64,000 nt of DNA from Octopus bimaculoides (Eukaryota), in the NCBI RefSeq assembly GCF_001194135.2, contig NC_068983.1, positions 11,050,608-11,114,607 of the forward strand, written 5' to 3'. Shown piece by piece: positions 13,042 through 26,709 of this stretch. The position numbers were made by a program, and so were the translations under genes. The notes below the pieces were generated by a model. The model was not told the origin of the DNA. It saw only the letters and a list, made by a program, of their open reading frames with translations, and searched no databases. Numbering within the stretch: the first letter of the stretch is position 1; each line of letters starts with the position of its first letter.

Positions 13042-13092
<51 letters not shown>
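12886..13092. repeat. (AGT)n/(AGC)n/(GGT)n microsatellite
   Basis: Directly visible. Confidence 0.95.
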
Positions 13093-13093
<1 letters not shown>

Positions 13094-14170
13094 AACTGTA
13101 AAAGGCAGTGAGTTGGTAGATTCATTAGTACATCAAACAAAATGCTTGGCAGCATTTCTTCTAAATCTTTACATTCTGAGTTCAAATATCCCTGGAGTCA
13201 ACATTTGCTTTTCATCCCTTCAGGGGTTGATAAGATAGAGTACAAGTCAAGTGTTGGGATCAATGTAATCGATTTTCTCCCCATCCCCTCAAAATTACTG
13301 GCCTCGAACCCTGTCACAGGTCAGTATCTTATTCAGGAAGAATTTTGTGATCTCAGTTACTTACACACTGTAATAAACCAGGGAACCAGCCTTATGACCA
13401 ACTAGGACTCAACAATTAGGGTTCAGCAAAGAACAATATGAATTTAATTAAGGGGGTCAATTGAAAGGATAGATGATAATGATGGCTGTGGATATAATTC
13501 AAAGGGCCGGCCTTGTCACATCTTGTATCATGCTGATCCCCCTGAGAACTATACTAAGGGTAGGCATTGTCTGTGGAGTTACTCAGCCACTTGCACATTA
13601 ATTTCATGAGCAGGCTATTCCACCGATTGGATCAACTGGAACCCTTGCCATCATAACCAATGGAGTGCCAATAATAAAGTACCATACAAGATATTGAGCT
13701 GCTTATAGTTAACTAAAACTATGTCCCTGCTTGAGCAAAGTTTAATTATAGAAATGCATTTTTAAAAGAAAATTGCTGTTATTTTGATTGGATGAAGATT
13801 TACATCAAGTTACGAATTGAAACAACAATTTCAAACCACGTTGTTTATTGCAGTAATGCTGTTGACAATTTACAAGAACATCATAAAATCTTACATAACG
13901 CTGTCATTATTAGTGTATATATGAACCATAAAACTTTATACCTATGTATTTAAGAAAAACTGTCATTATTACTACCCTGTTAATATGTGTGCTTCTCAGT
14001 TTTTGCTTTAACTGTTACTCTGAATTACCAACTTCAAATTTTTATATCTGTTTTGTTGGGGCTCAGTATTTACATATGTTGATGTTCTCAGATTCGGTTT
14101 GGACATAGAATTTTTATAGTTTCATTTCCATTTGCAGTGTTTTAAAGTTATAAACATGCCAGTATATGTA

Positions 14171-14238
<68 letters not shown>

Positions 14239-14395
14239 ATTTTGTGTATTTCTTCTATCTTAATGAATAAAAATTCTTCGGATAGAATAAATGGGTTAAT
14301 AGAAACCAATGTAGCAAAGAACACAAAATAACTGTGGTTTAGTTCCTGTTTTTAAGGCAGGAACTCCTTGAAATTTTGGGTATTTGAGTATATTT

Positions 14396-14725
14396 AAAAA
14401 TTTAAGGAATGGAGAAAACGCATGTTATAATTGCATACTTTATTCCTACATATGTTTCAAATGATTACAACCTGTGTGATCCATNNNNNNNNNNNNNNNN
14501 NNNNNNNNNNNNNNNNNNNNNNNNNNNNNNNNNNNNNNNNNNATGGGAATCATCTTAAACGTAAGACATAATGTCTTGCGTTTAAGATGATTCCCATGCA
14601 TTCCCTGAAGAGAAGGTTACAATTTTAATATCAAAGATCCCTATGGATCACACAGGTTGTAATCATTTGAAACATATGTAGGAATAAAGTATGCAATTAT
14701 AACATGCGTTTTCTCCATTCCTTAA

Positions 14726-14731
<6 letters not shown>
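14396..14731. mobile_element. Palindromic element carrying a hammerhead ribozyme motif (Penelope-like pLTR-type)
   Basis: 14396-14484 is the exact reverse complement of 14643-14731. A central hairpin lies at 14543-14597 and an N gap at 14485-14542. Confidence 0.65.
14600..14685 (+). ncRNA. Type I hammerhead ribozyme motif
   Basis: Stem I ATTCC/GGAAT; CTGAAGA (14605-14611); stem II GAAGGTTACAA/TTGTAATCATTT; GAAAC-ATAT-GTA with a palindromic stem III loop; predicted cleavage after 14680. Confidence 0.7.
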
Positions 14732-14763
<32 letters not shown>

Positions 14764-16206
14764 GTGTGTGTGTGTGTTGCCAATTATTCAAACAAACATT
14801 TAAATAATTGGTAACCTGAAACTTCAACTGCTAAAAGAAATTTACAAACTTTATGTATTGAGTACAGCTTCTTGATTTGCAAATGCAAATGTTTACCATT
14901 CTACATACATACTCACTCTCAAACACACACACATAAATTTACATACATAAATCCCAGTATGCATGTATATATATATGTAATGTAATATTTATATTTACAT
15001 ACAGATGCTTACACAGTATCTATGGGTATATAAAATGTGTGTATATTCATGTGTAGGTGTTGATGTAGTGGTTATGATTTTGGGCTCACAATCATAAAAT
15101 CCAAGTTGTTGGTTCAGTTCCTGAGCTGGGTGACATTTTATATTAAAGTGTTCTAGTGTACTCAGCTGAAACTGAGTACCAGACTAATACCCCTAAAGCC
15201 TTTTCTCTCTTCAGCTGTGACATCCTCCTGGTTCTGCTGGGTCACAGGACAGAAAGGTGGGGAAAGATGTCTGTCTTCTTGAAACTACATAAGCATCTAA
15301 ATTAATGAAAAGCATGGTACATGCCGCCAGTGTATACTCACTTGCAAGTGGCAGTTGGCACCCAAGATAATTTCCGATCAAACTGATTGGAACCTAGTAA
15401 AGCAGTCGATTTCACAAGTTGATGATCAGAATTTAAAGCAAAAATTGCTTCTATGTAGTCTTGTTGTGCTTTGGGGGTCAGTTCCACTGCACAGTACATT
15501 GGATAAGTCTCTTCTGCTCTTGCTCCCAATGCACCAATGCCTTGTAAGTGAATTTGGTCTTGAGAAACTGTGTGAAAGCCCATCAAGTATACATATATAC
15601 AGTGAGGGTGCATGGCCTAGTTAGTAGGGTGTTGCACTCATGATTGTGACATCATGGTTTCAGTTCCCTGGAAATTGGTGGCGCAGTGTGTTCTTGAACA
15701 AAACACTTCTTCTCACATTGATTTGCAGTCACTTTGACTCCTCCTGATGCATGTGTTTTGGGCAATGTTGATTTAATGGAAGGTGTGGGCTAATGTATGG
15801 CACATACATTTGATCACTATAAACAAATCAATAGTGCAGGTCATTCAGCAAAAGCTGAATGCTCATACATCACATTCAGTGGGAGAGGCCATCATATATA
15901 TATATATATATACATACCGGAGTAAGCACATGAAATGTGCAACNNNNNNNNNNNNNNNNNNNNNNNNNNNNNNNNNNNNNNNNNNNNNNNNNNNNNNNNN
16001 NNNNNNNNNNNNNNNNNNNNNNNNNNNNNNNNNNNNNNNNNNNACGTTGGACCCCTTATTTGCATAATCTCCGAACCTGGAGCTTAACTATGGGCTATCC
16101 ATAGCACATACTCAGCATTACCTGACACCTCTGAGTCTCATTGACACCACTACCACTCATAACCTCAAATTCTCGAGAGAGAGAGAGAGAGAGAGAGAGA
16201 TATGGA

Positions 16207-16238
<32 letters not shown>

Positions 16239-17661
16239 CATACATGTGTATGTGTGTGTGTATATATATGTAGGTATATATAATGTGTGTTTGTATATGT
16301 GTGTGTGTGTGAATGTGTATAGATATATATATATTATATGTGCATATATATGTATATGTTTGTGTATATATGTGTATATATATATATGTGTGTGTGTGTT
16401 TGTGTTTATCCCACCACCACTTGGCAACCAGCGTTGGTTTGCTAACCTCACCGTAACTTAACAGTTCATCAAAAGAGACTGACAGAATAAGTACAAAACT
16501 GCAAAATATGAACTCCGATTGACTTGTATGACTGAACCATTGAAGGCGATGCCCCAGCATGGCCGCGGTCCTAAGGCTGAAACAAGTTAAAAGATAAATG
16601 AATAAATAGCATATAAATATTTGTAATATAAGAGACCCACATCAGTCAGACCATACCAGGTGGGAGTTTTAGTAGAACAGCAAATGATGAATATGATGAC
16701 GATCGAAGGAGACTGTGTGTGTGATGCAGCTTATCATTATTATGTTAGGGTGGAGTTTCATGACACTGCAAGATACACCGCAGCTCTTGAGCATGAATTT
16801 GGTGTGTGCATGTGTGTGAGTGTGTATCTGTATGTTTCTCTCTCTCTCTCCCTCTCTTCCCGGTCATGCATGGGGAGAGGGGCATCTGTTTTCTTCCTCC
16901 TTTTGCAATGTATCTGCATATGTATTTATTCAAAAAAGATACTTGCAAGTACACACCCCGCCACCGCGCCGCCGCCATCACCACCACCAATAACAACTAC
17001 AACACCATCATGCAGGCAGTAAACAGAACCCAGAACACAACTTGTGGGTGTTGCCAGTCAGAGGGTAGCTTAGTTAGTGAATGAGAAGCTATATATATAT
17101 ATCTATAGTAATATGTATGTGTGTGTATGTATATATATATATATGTGTGTGTATAGTGGTACCAAGGTGGGAGTTAACTTTTGGGTGATAGATGCAGTAA
17201 GGNNNNNNNNNNNNNNNNNNNNNNNNNNNNNNNNNNNNNNNNNNNNNNNNNNNNNNNNNNNNNNNNNNNNNNNNNNNNNNNNNNNNNNNNNNNNNNNNNN
17301 NNNNNNNNNNNNNNNNNNNNNNNNNNNNNNNNNNNNNNNNNNNNNNNNNNNNNNNNNNNNNNNNNNNNNNNNNNNNNNNNNNNNNNNNNNNNNNNNNNNN
17401 NNNNNNNNNNNNNNNNNNNNNNNNNNNNNNNNNNNNNNNNNNNNNNNNNNNNNNNNNNNNNNNNNNNNNNNNNNNNNNNNNNNNNNNNNNNNNNNNNNNN
17501 NNNNNNNNNNNNNNNNNNNNNNNNNNNNNNNNNNNNNNNNNNNNNNNNNNNNNNNNNNNNNNNNNNNNNNNNNNNNNNNNNNNNNNNNNNNNNNNNNNNN
17601 NNNNNNNNNNNNNNNNNNNNNNNNNNNNNNNNNNNNNNNNNNNNNNNNNNNNNNNNNNNNN

Positions 17662-17725
<64 letters not shown>

Positions 17726-17975
17726 TTCACTATATATATATAACATATTTGAGTGTGTGTGTCTGTGTGTAAATAATAGATAGAGCAAATGAATGTGATG
17801 GAGAATATTCAAAATAAAGTACTCATTACATCTTAAATGAGTGCCTGTGTGTGTTTTTTTTGTTGTTGATGTTGATAAAATTCATAGAAAGGAAATCATA
17901 GAAGTACTCAATACAACCTTGTTTAGATGTGTGTATTGTCATATGATGTATTGTCATTAGATGTGTGTATTGTCA

Positions 17976-18146
17976 GGTGCAGGAGTGGCTGAGTGGTAAG
18001 TAGCTTGTTTACCAACCACATGGGTTTGGGTTCATTCCCACTGTGTGGCACCTTGGGCAAGTGTCTTCTACTATAGCCTCGGGCCGACCAAAGCCTTATG
18101 AGTGGATTTGGTAGACGGAAACTGAAAGAACCCCGTCGTATATATG

Positions 18147-18179
<33 letters not shown>

Positions 18180-18337
18180 ATGCTTGTGTGTCTGTGTTTA
18201 CGTCCTCGTAACTTGGTGGTTCAGCAAAGGAGACTGATAGAATAAGTACTACAAAGAATAAGTGTTGGGGTCGATTTTCTCGACTAAAAGCGGTGCTCCA
18301 GCATGGCCGCAGTCAAATGACTGAAACAAGTAAAGAA
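17976..18337 (+). mobile_element. Family A SINE
   Basis: Head GCAGGAGTGGCTGAGTGGTAAG, core and tail. Confidence 0.85.
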
Positions 18338-18743
18338 TTATATAACGTAAATAAGATGACAAATCCGAACCAAGTGGACAAATCAGTAAAGTGAGGAATG
18401 TGTCATCATCATCGTTACCATTATTTCATATCTGATTAAGGTGGCACGTTGGCAGAATTGGGCAAAATGCTTAGTAGCATTTCGTCGATATTTATGTTCT
18501 GAGTTCAAATTTCCCCAAGGTCGACTTTGCCTTTCATCCTTTCAGCATCAATAAAATGAGTACCAGTTGAGCAGGGGTGGGGGTGCGATGTAATCAACTT
18601 AGCACCTCCCCTGAAATTGCTGACATCGTGCTAAAATTTGAAACCAATATTTGATATCTGGTTGGATGGTTCTACAGGGTCCATGTGGTAAGAGGACCAT
18701 GTCTTGTTTGAATGTCTGTTTTAGCATGGTTTCTTTGGCTGAA

Positions 18744-18924
18744 TTTGACTGCGACCATGCTGGAGCACGGCCTTTGGTCGAACAAATTGACCCCAGAATT
18801 TATTCTTTGTAAGCTTAGTACTTATTCTGTCGGTCTGTTTTGCCGAACTACTAAGTTACGGGAGCGTAAGCACACCAACATCGGTTGTCAAGCAATGGTG
18901 GGGGGGACAAACACAGACACACAA

Positions 18925-18970
<46 letters not shown>

Positions 18971-19130
18971 GGGCTTCTTTCAGTTTCCGTCTACCAAATC
19001 CACTCACAAGGCTTTGGTTAGCCCGAGGCTATAGTAGAAGATACTTGCCCAAGGTGCCATGCAGTGGGACTGAACCTGGAACCATGTGGTTGGTAAGCAA
19101 GCTTCTTAACACACACCCACTTCTGTGCCT
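18744..19130 (-). mobile_element. Family A SINE
   Basis: Reverse complement of the family A consensus with internal (TA)n. Confidence 0.85.
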
Positions 19131-21818
19131 ATGTTTATTTTTAGAATGGCATTGTAGGGTGAGGGTGAGTGTGAGAAGCTGGATCTGGCTGGTCTGAATA
19201 TAAAACAGGTAGAATATTTGGGCTGGATATGGCCAGTTTGAATGCTAAAGGGTTAAGGCATATTTAGCCCATCACTTTGTTGTTCTGCCACTCAATCATT
19301 TTTGAGTCCCCATAATGTCTCAACTACAATATATTTTGGATGACTTTCAGAAAAGAAAAAAGAGGAAAAAATAAAACTGAAAATTGCAGTCTAGTTTGTC
19401 TTACCCTACTACTACTTACCTGAAGATTCACTTTGAAAACTTTTCTATTTTTAGTTCTTATAATTGTAGTCGACCTATTCACCTTTACTGAAGGAGGACA
19501 CATGGTGTGGTTTTAGCTGATTGAAGAATTGTTTAATTAGTAGTCTGTTTGACCACCTTGTACAACATGTTGTCCTATGATGTAAGAATTTAAAGCACAC
19601 AGTTCTAATTTCAACGACATGGTGTTCATTAAAAGACATTTAATGCTGCTACCCTGGAAAAGTCAAGAAACCCCCTTACCGGTGCTATTCCGACTTGTAG
19701 TTATTGTACCTCAGAGAAAACGTTCTTATATTTTTGGAACTCCTTCCCCATTGTGTTTGGCTAGAAGTCTGGTGATATGCTCCTTGGTAGGATGCCAGAC
19801 TAAGCTAAAAAAATTGATTAGTAGTTTGGTGGCTTACAGTTCTCTCACTACATAAGTTCACTTAGTTTTCCATCTTCTCCAAGGTTAACAAAATAAATAC
19901 CAGCATGTTTGGGTTAAATGCACAAATACTAGCTTTTATTTGACATGTTGTTGTGGGGTCACTGCCAAGTGTTTGATCAGTTGCTACTTTTAAATCATGA
20001 AGGTCTGCTTGCTCACCTAGAACCTAGAGTCAGGAGATGGTGGATATCATAAGGTAGTGTTGAGTAATAACAAACCTCTTGCAATTATACTTACAAAAAG
20101 TTTTTTTACATGACTCTGCTGTATAAAGGGAATCTGTAAACCACATTGCATCATCATCTTATTATTTCCATGATTAATTTTGGCACTTTCGAATTGTAAA
20201 TTCAGTAAAAGTTTGAATTTCAAATATCTATTTTTTTTTTATGAAATTCATGAGAAAGAATACCAAAAGAATAGAATAATCCATCTTTTACTTTTCTTCA
20301 CTCATTCAATGTGGCTATACAGGGGCACACTTTCTTTGAAAGGTTTAGTTGAGCGAGTCAATTCTTGTGCTTATTTTATTAGTCTTTTTTTACAAACTGC
20401 TAAGTTATGGGGGGCATAAACATGCCAACATCAATTGTCAAATGGTGGTGGTGAAACAACCACAAAGATACTCGCACACATACGCACACACACACACACA
20501 TACATAAACATACATAATGGGCTGCCTTACAATTTCTGTCTGGAAATCCACTCACAAGACATTGGTCAGTCCAGGCTATAATAAAAGACACTTGACAAAG
20601 ATGCCATATGGTGGGACTGAACTTGGAATTACATGCCCAAATTAGCTATTAGTCATTGAACACATCAAGGTACAGTGATTAAATCCTTGTATAAGTAGTT
20701 ATTTTGTTCTGGAAAGATATCTGCAGCAGAGTTTCAATTGACAGCTGTATGTAGTAAAGCCTTCAGTTGCCCCTGAAAGGCATTCAGAAAAATGGCATGT
20801 CACAACTTGATCTGAGGACTCGTGCTTATGTAAGAAATTATGATTATTATTATTATTATTATTATATTTATTGTTATTATTTAGAGAGCTACAATAACAC
20901 CTGCTTGTGGATTGCATCTGTAGGATCGTCTTTGTTTTTTATCTGGTATTAAGTTAAGCAAATAGATATCCTATGTCACTTAAATAATTAGAGACACATA
21001 CACATCTAAAAGTAGTGTTGGTTATTTTAACAGTGAATTATATCTGCTACAATACAACCTACATTACTCAGTCTCTTTGCTGAACTAAGTTACAGGGGAC
21101 ACAAACATCAACACTGGTTGTCAGACAGTGGTGGGGCATAAACACAAACACACACACACACTTATGTGTGTGTGTGTGTGTGTGTGTGTACAACAGGCTT
21201 CTTTCAGTTTCCATCTACTAAATCCACTCACAGTGCTTTGGTCAGCCCAAGGTTATAGTAGAAGATACCCAAGGCACCATACAGTGGGACTGAACCTAGA
21301 ACCATGTGGTTGGGAAGCAAGCTTCTTACCACACAGCCATGCCTATATATATATATAGATATATATTATTAATTTTATTACTAATTGACAATTCCCTGCC
21401 CTGCATATCTATAGATATATAGATATATATATATTATGAATGATAATAATAAATGGCAAGTCTGTGTGTTTGTGAATTTGTTACGTTAACTCCTCTATCA
21501 CTATCCAACAGACCTTGATGTCACTTGACACCTGTTTGGGGCTTATGCCCATGCAGTCACTTGTGCACTTGGGATTTTTAAAAAATCGATTTTTAATCAG
21601 CATCGATTTTTCAAAAATCATAATTTCAACTATATATATACATATAGTTGAAATTTGCAGAAAAACTATAGATGAAGGCAGGTGTAGAAACAACAAGCAG
21701 GTGTATAAGTTTGACACTTGGGAAGGTGAAAAAGTCTTTTATGTTTCGAGCCTATGCTCCTTTCAACAGAAAGGAACACGAGGAAATAAACACAGAGAGA
21801 ATTAAAAGAAATTTGTGG

Positions 21819-21862
<44 letters not shown>

Positions 21863-21952
21863 ATATAACTTTGTTATTATTTAGAGCTTACAAAGCTAAT
21901 TCAGTATCTCAGTTCTCTTGATTCAACCCTTACAAAAAAAATATAAACAATA

Positions 21953-22330
21953 AGCACAGGTGTGGATGTGTGGTAAGAAACTTACTTCCTAACCACATGG
22001 CCTTGGGTTCAGTCCTACTGTGCTACACCTTGGCTAAATGTCTTCGACTATAGCCCCAGGCTTTCCAAAGTCTTTGGAGTGGATTTGATATGTATTGTGT
22101 GTGTGCATGCACACACACATGCACATGTGTGTGTCTTTGTGTTTGTCCCCCACCCCACTTAACAAACTGGTGTTGGCCTGTAATAAATTCTTATAGCTTA
22201 GCAGTTCAGCAAAAGAGACCAATAGAAGAAGTCCCAGGATTAAAAATAAGTACTAGAGTTGATTTGTTCAACTAATCCTTCAAGAAAGTACCCCAGCATG
22301 GCCACAGTCCAAGACTGAAACAAGTAAAAG
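21953..22330 (+). mobile_element. Family A SINE (diverged)
   Basis: Head, core and tail similarity. Confidence 0.75.
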
Positions 22331-22757
22331 AAATTAATGCCAGACAAAATCGGTTCAAGTGCCATAGTTGGAAGAAAACCACATTAAATCATTGAATTGA
22401 TATTTGTAATGATTCACTTGTTTTTTCCATATTTGTTAAACCTCTCAGCAGAATATTATTATTTGATGAAATAAGCCTAGAAGAGTCTTTTCTGTTTGTT
22501 GTAAAGCTGATTGTTATCTGTGTGTGTTTTGTGTGTGTAATCATGTCATGGTTTAAGAGACTGTTTGTATGAAAACACCTGCTTTACAAATATGACAGTT
22601 TTAGGTAATAGGATATTCAGAGCCATTTACCCCTGTCATTTTCTGCAGTTCCCACCCATTGTGTTTTTGTTTTATTGCTATGATTACAATGGCTAAAGAG
22701 GTGGAGTCTTTTCCATCTCTATTTCACTTCCCTTACACACACACACACACATGCACA

Positions 22758-22830
<73 letters not shown>

Positions 22831-22884
22831 TGACCAAATGTAAGAAGAGAAATCCAACTCTTGCAATGTTGTGTGTGTGTGTGA

Positions 22885-22924
<40 letters not shown>

Positions 22925-22983
22925 TTTTAAACCATCTGCCTAGGTTTCTCTCTCTCCTTCTTTCTCTCTCTCTCTAACGTGCG

Positions 22984-23020
<37 letters not shown>

Positions 23021-23569
23021 CAACCACCTGGAACGATTATCTCCTACATCTGCTCTTCTTCTGCTCTTGCAGTGCTAAGCGGATTCAGTGTTTAGCTTTA
23101 TGATCTCTGGCAGCATTAAGTGGATGAAAGAATGCATCATCTCCACCTGCTCCTGGATGAGTCACCATCTTATTGCTGTGTAATTTTCTCAAAAGATCTG
23201 CCACCTACTTTTTCACAGCTTAAATTTTAGTGTTTTTCTCAACATAAACATGTCTGTATATAACTTTGTAGTGGATATAAATTTGAGCTCATTAGTGATG
23301 GCCCATCATCATCATTGTTTTAATGTCCACTTTCCTATGCTACCATGAGTCACACGGATTCTCTACAGTTGGATGCCCTTCCTGTCACCAACCTTTACTA
23401 TTTCCAGTAAGATAATATTTGCCCTTGACCAGACATATTTTCAGAGTATTGCCAGAGTTGGTAAAACAAAGTACCCGTCATATACTAGTGTTGATTTAAT
23501 TGGTTCTACCCACTCATAGTTACACACGCACACGTATAATATATATATGACAAGCTTCTTTCAGTTTCT

Positions 23570-23798
23570 TATTTTGTTTTGCCCACAAGGGGCTAAACAT
23601 AGAGGGGACAAACAAGGACAGACAAAGGGATTAAGTCGATTACATCGACTCCAGTGCATAACTGGTACTTAATTTATCAACCCCGAAAGGATAAAAGGCG
23701 AAGTAGACCTCGGCGGAATTTGAACTCAGAATGCAACGGCAGATGAAATACCACTAAGCATTTCGCCCGATGTGCTAACATTTCTGCCAGCTCACCAC
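23570..23798 (-). mobile_element. Family C SINE nested in a family A SINE
   Basis: Flanked by a 12-bp direct repeat CTTTCAGTTTCT (23558-23569 and 23799-23810) that is single-copy in uninterrupted family A. Confidence 0.85.
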
Positions 23799-25959
23799 CT
23801 TTCAGTTTCTGTCTACGAAATCTACTCAAGGATTTGATCAGCCTGGAGCTATATAGTAGAAAATACCTTCCCAAGGTGCCATGAGTGGGACTGAACCCAG
23901 AATTATGTGGTTCGGATAAAAACTTCTTATCATACAGCTACATTTGTCTGTTTTATTTTTCATTATTATTAACTCATTGAAAAAAAAAAAATTCTATTGC
24001 AACTTGTAATGGTTTTCATTTCTTGCATTTATGGCAAAATTAGGAGCCAATTAATATTGTTATCAATTATGGGCACAGTGATATACTGGACAAGATTGAC
24101 AGGAGATGTGTTTTACGCAGAAATAGTAAAAATAAACAGAACCACGTTACCCAGTTCTTGTCTTTGTGTGCTGTGGGGAGTGGGTGGGTAAGTGGGGGAG
24201 TAATATTAAGAGATGTGAGATTTCTTATCTCCTGCCATAAGTAAGTGAAGGATGCGAAATATTTGCAAATGAAATTGCTGTTGTTGTTTCATAAGTTCAT
24301 AGAATTTTTTTGCGAAGGAATAATGCACATTCTTGATTGTTATCAAAGTTGATGGAAGATGTGAAAGAACTAGTTTCTATGGCAGACAGTGCTTTAATTA
24401 ATACTATATGTGTATGCTCGCGCACATGTACACCTGTGCGCGCACATTTGTGTGTGTGTGCGTGCGCACGCTCTATATATGTTTTAGCTGTTATGTATTA
24501 GCATTGCAAAAATAAAAACAAATGCAACAAAAATGGCATGAATGTTTTGTTTTTTATTTTATTTTATTTTATTGTTGGAATTAGAATTCTTTGTTTTTTT
24601 ATTTGATAATTATCAGATATTTGTAGAAATGCCTCTTAGAAGAATTCTCTCTATCTTTTACTTTGTTTTTGTTTTGTGGAATGTTTGTTTTAACCGAATT
24701 ATTAACATTGTTGAAATTACATAAGTTAGAAACATTGTTTTGTCATAATTACCGTATTTCCCCTTCTCCTACTGTGTCTCTTTGCTTGTCTATCACTTCT
24801 CTCTTAAATATTCCAAAAATGTAAATTAAACTTTTTCATGTGATAAATTCATTTATTAATTTTGCCATTGTTTATCCTCCATTCTTTGGAATTTTTGTTA
24901 TATTATCCAAGAAGAAAATATTTGCCTTGCTTGTTATATCCTTATTGGCTCAAATATTGGTCCTTATGTTTCTTATTCATGTGTCGTGTCTGAGAATAGA
25001 AACAAGCCGCCTACTCCAACATTAACTCCTATCACTACCACCACCTGAAAAATCTTTATGCTAACCATCACAGTAAAATATTAATAATTGTCACTTTTAT
25101 GACCAATCAATACAGCAACATTCTGTAGAGATATTCAACTAATTACAATAGCTTCTAACTCTTTTCATTGGTTGTTCTCTAATTTCTTAAGTACTAAAAG
25201 AAGACTTGTTCAACATTCAAAACATGGCTTTTTAACCTAGATGATAGTGTCCCCTTTGGGTGCATTGTGAGCTTACAAGGGTCAGAAAATGCCAAGGGCT
25301 TCTGATGGGGGTGGATAAGTGTTTAGAGGAAGTTGTGATTTTTCTTAGAAATAAAACATTTCAACTTTTTACAATACTTATATTTTAAACACATTTAAAA
25401 AAAAAATCTTTCTTGGATTAAAATATAAGTAGAACATTATGTTAGCATTGAGCAGAAAGGTAACTGATAATGTTTCATTATATAAATTCTTGTCTTCTTT
25501 AGTAATTCCCCTAAAAGTCTAATATTGGAGGTTCTAATCCATGCAAATATTTAGAAGAAAGAAAGACTCATGCCTGATGGGATAGTATAAGAAAATATAA
25601 TAGACCATTGCACAAAATTTGCTTTTTGGTTTTGTTTTTGACTCTTTACCATTCAAACGAGCCGTGTCTGGCCAAGATAATCAACCTGTTTTATCTTCAA
25701 GCCAGCCAGATCTGGCTTCTCACACTCACCCAGCAATATTATTCTAAAACTAAACAATCACGTCATTGAAATCTCAAAGCTACAAGGTAATACATGACAA
25801 ATTCAAATCAATGTGAATAAATAAACATTACATTTGACAGAGAAATCCGAATGCTAAAGGGTTAAATATGAGCGGGAGCTATTTCTAAAATAACATTCAA
25901 TGAAAGGGGGCTCTTATTTGAAAAATAGAGAAAGAACTACTGATATAAAACAATTAGTT

Positions 25960-26201
25960 TTAACCCTTTTGATAACAACCTGCCTGAGATCATCCCTAGG
26001 TATATGATATAAACTTAAGTAATTTAAATAAAAAATTTCCATCAAAATTTTACATTAATTTATGTCCTAAATACTAGCTGAAATCTTACTAAATCCTAAA
26101 TACTAATTGAAAAGTTATTTTACTAAATACTTCATTATTTTCAAAATTAATGGAAACTAAAACCATGTATTTCAACAGAAATATGGTAACAAAACGGTTA
26201 A
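25960..26201. mobile_element. piggyBac-like MITE (family G)
   Basis: TTAA-CCCTTTTGATAAC...GTAACAAAACGG-TTAA; similar to 26710-27242. Confidence 0.6.
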
Positions 26202-26709
26202 AAGCATGCACTATTGACCCCACGGTAATAGGTACAAACCGTAGTACAGCTGCCCTGTCGTAGTGTTGAATGACACATTGCCTTAATTGCTTCAGTGTAC
26301 TGATTAAAAAAATAAGTGCTATTCTAAATAGTTAGTTAAGTGATTAGCAACTAGAAAGCCTCTAAAAGTTGCTCCAACAATTTATTTATGTTACAAGAAC
26401 TGGTTGGTTGGTTATTATTGATGATCAAAGTAACAGTAATATACTGAGTCAAACATTTGGACGTGTCTTATCTGCTGAGTTTGTTGGTCAGAACAAAAAT
26501 ATTTAATTAACTGATTGAATCTATAAAACAGCTATTAAATTTTATCTAAATAATCCTCTTAATTATCGTCATCATTATCATCATCATATCTGTCCTGCAT
26601 AGATTTGGGTTAAATTAGTTCTTAATCACTTTTTGTCCAAGCTAACAGTACACTATAGACAAAACAGTTCATATGTTTCATGAGGGCTGTTTAGTAGCAT
26701 TTTAACAGC

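Noticed and set aside
12679-13205. Local duplication with a microsatellite expansion in the second copy
   Set aside because: Consistent with ordinary slippage or duplication of degraded SINE sequence; nothing further supports function.
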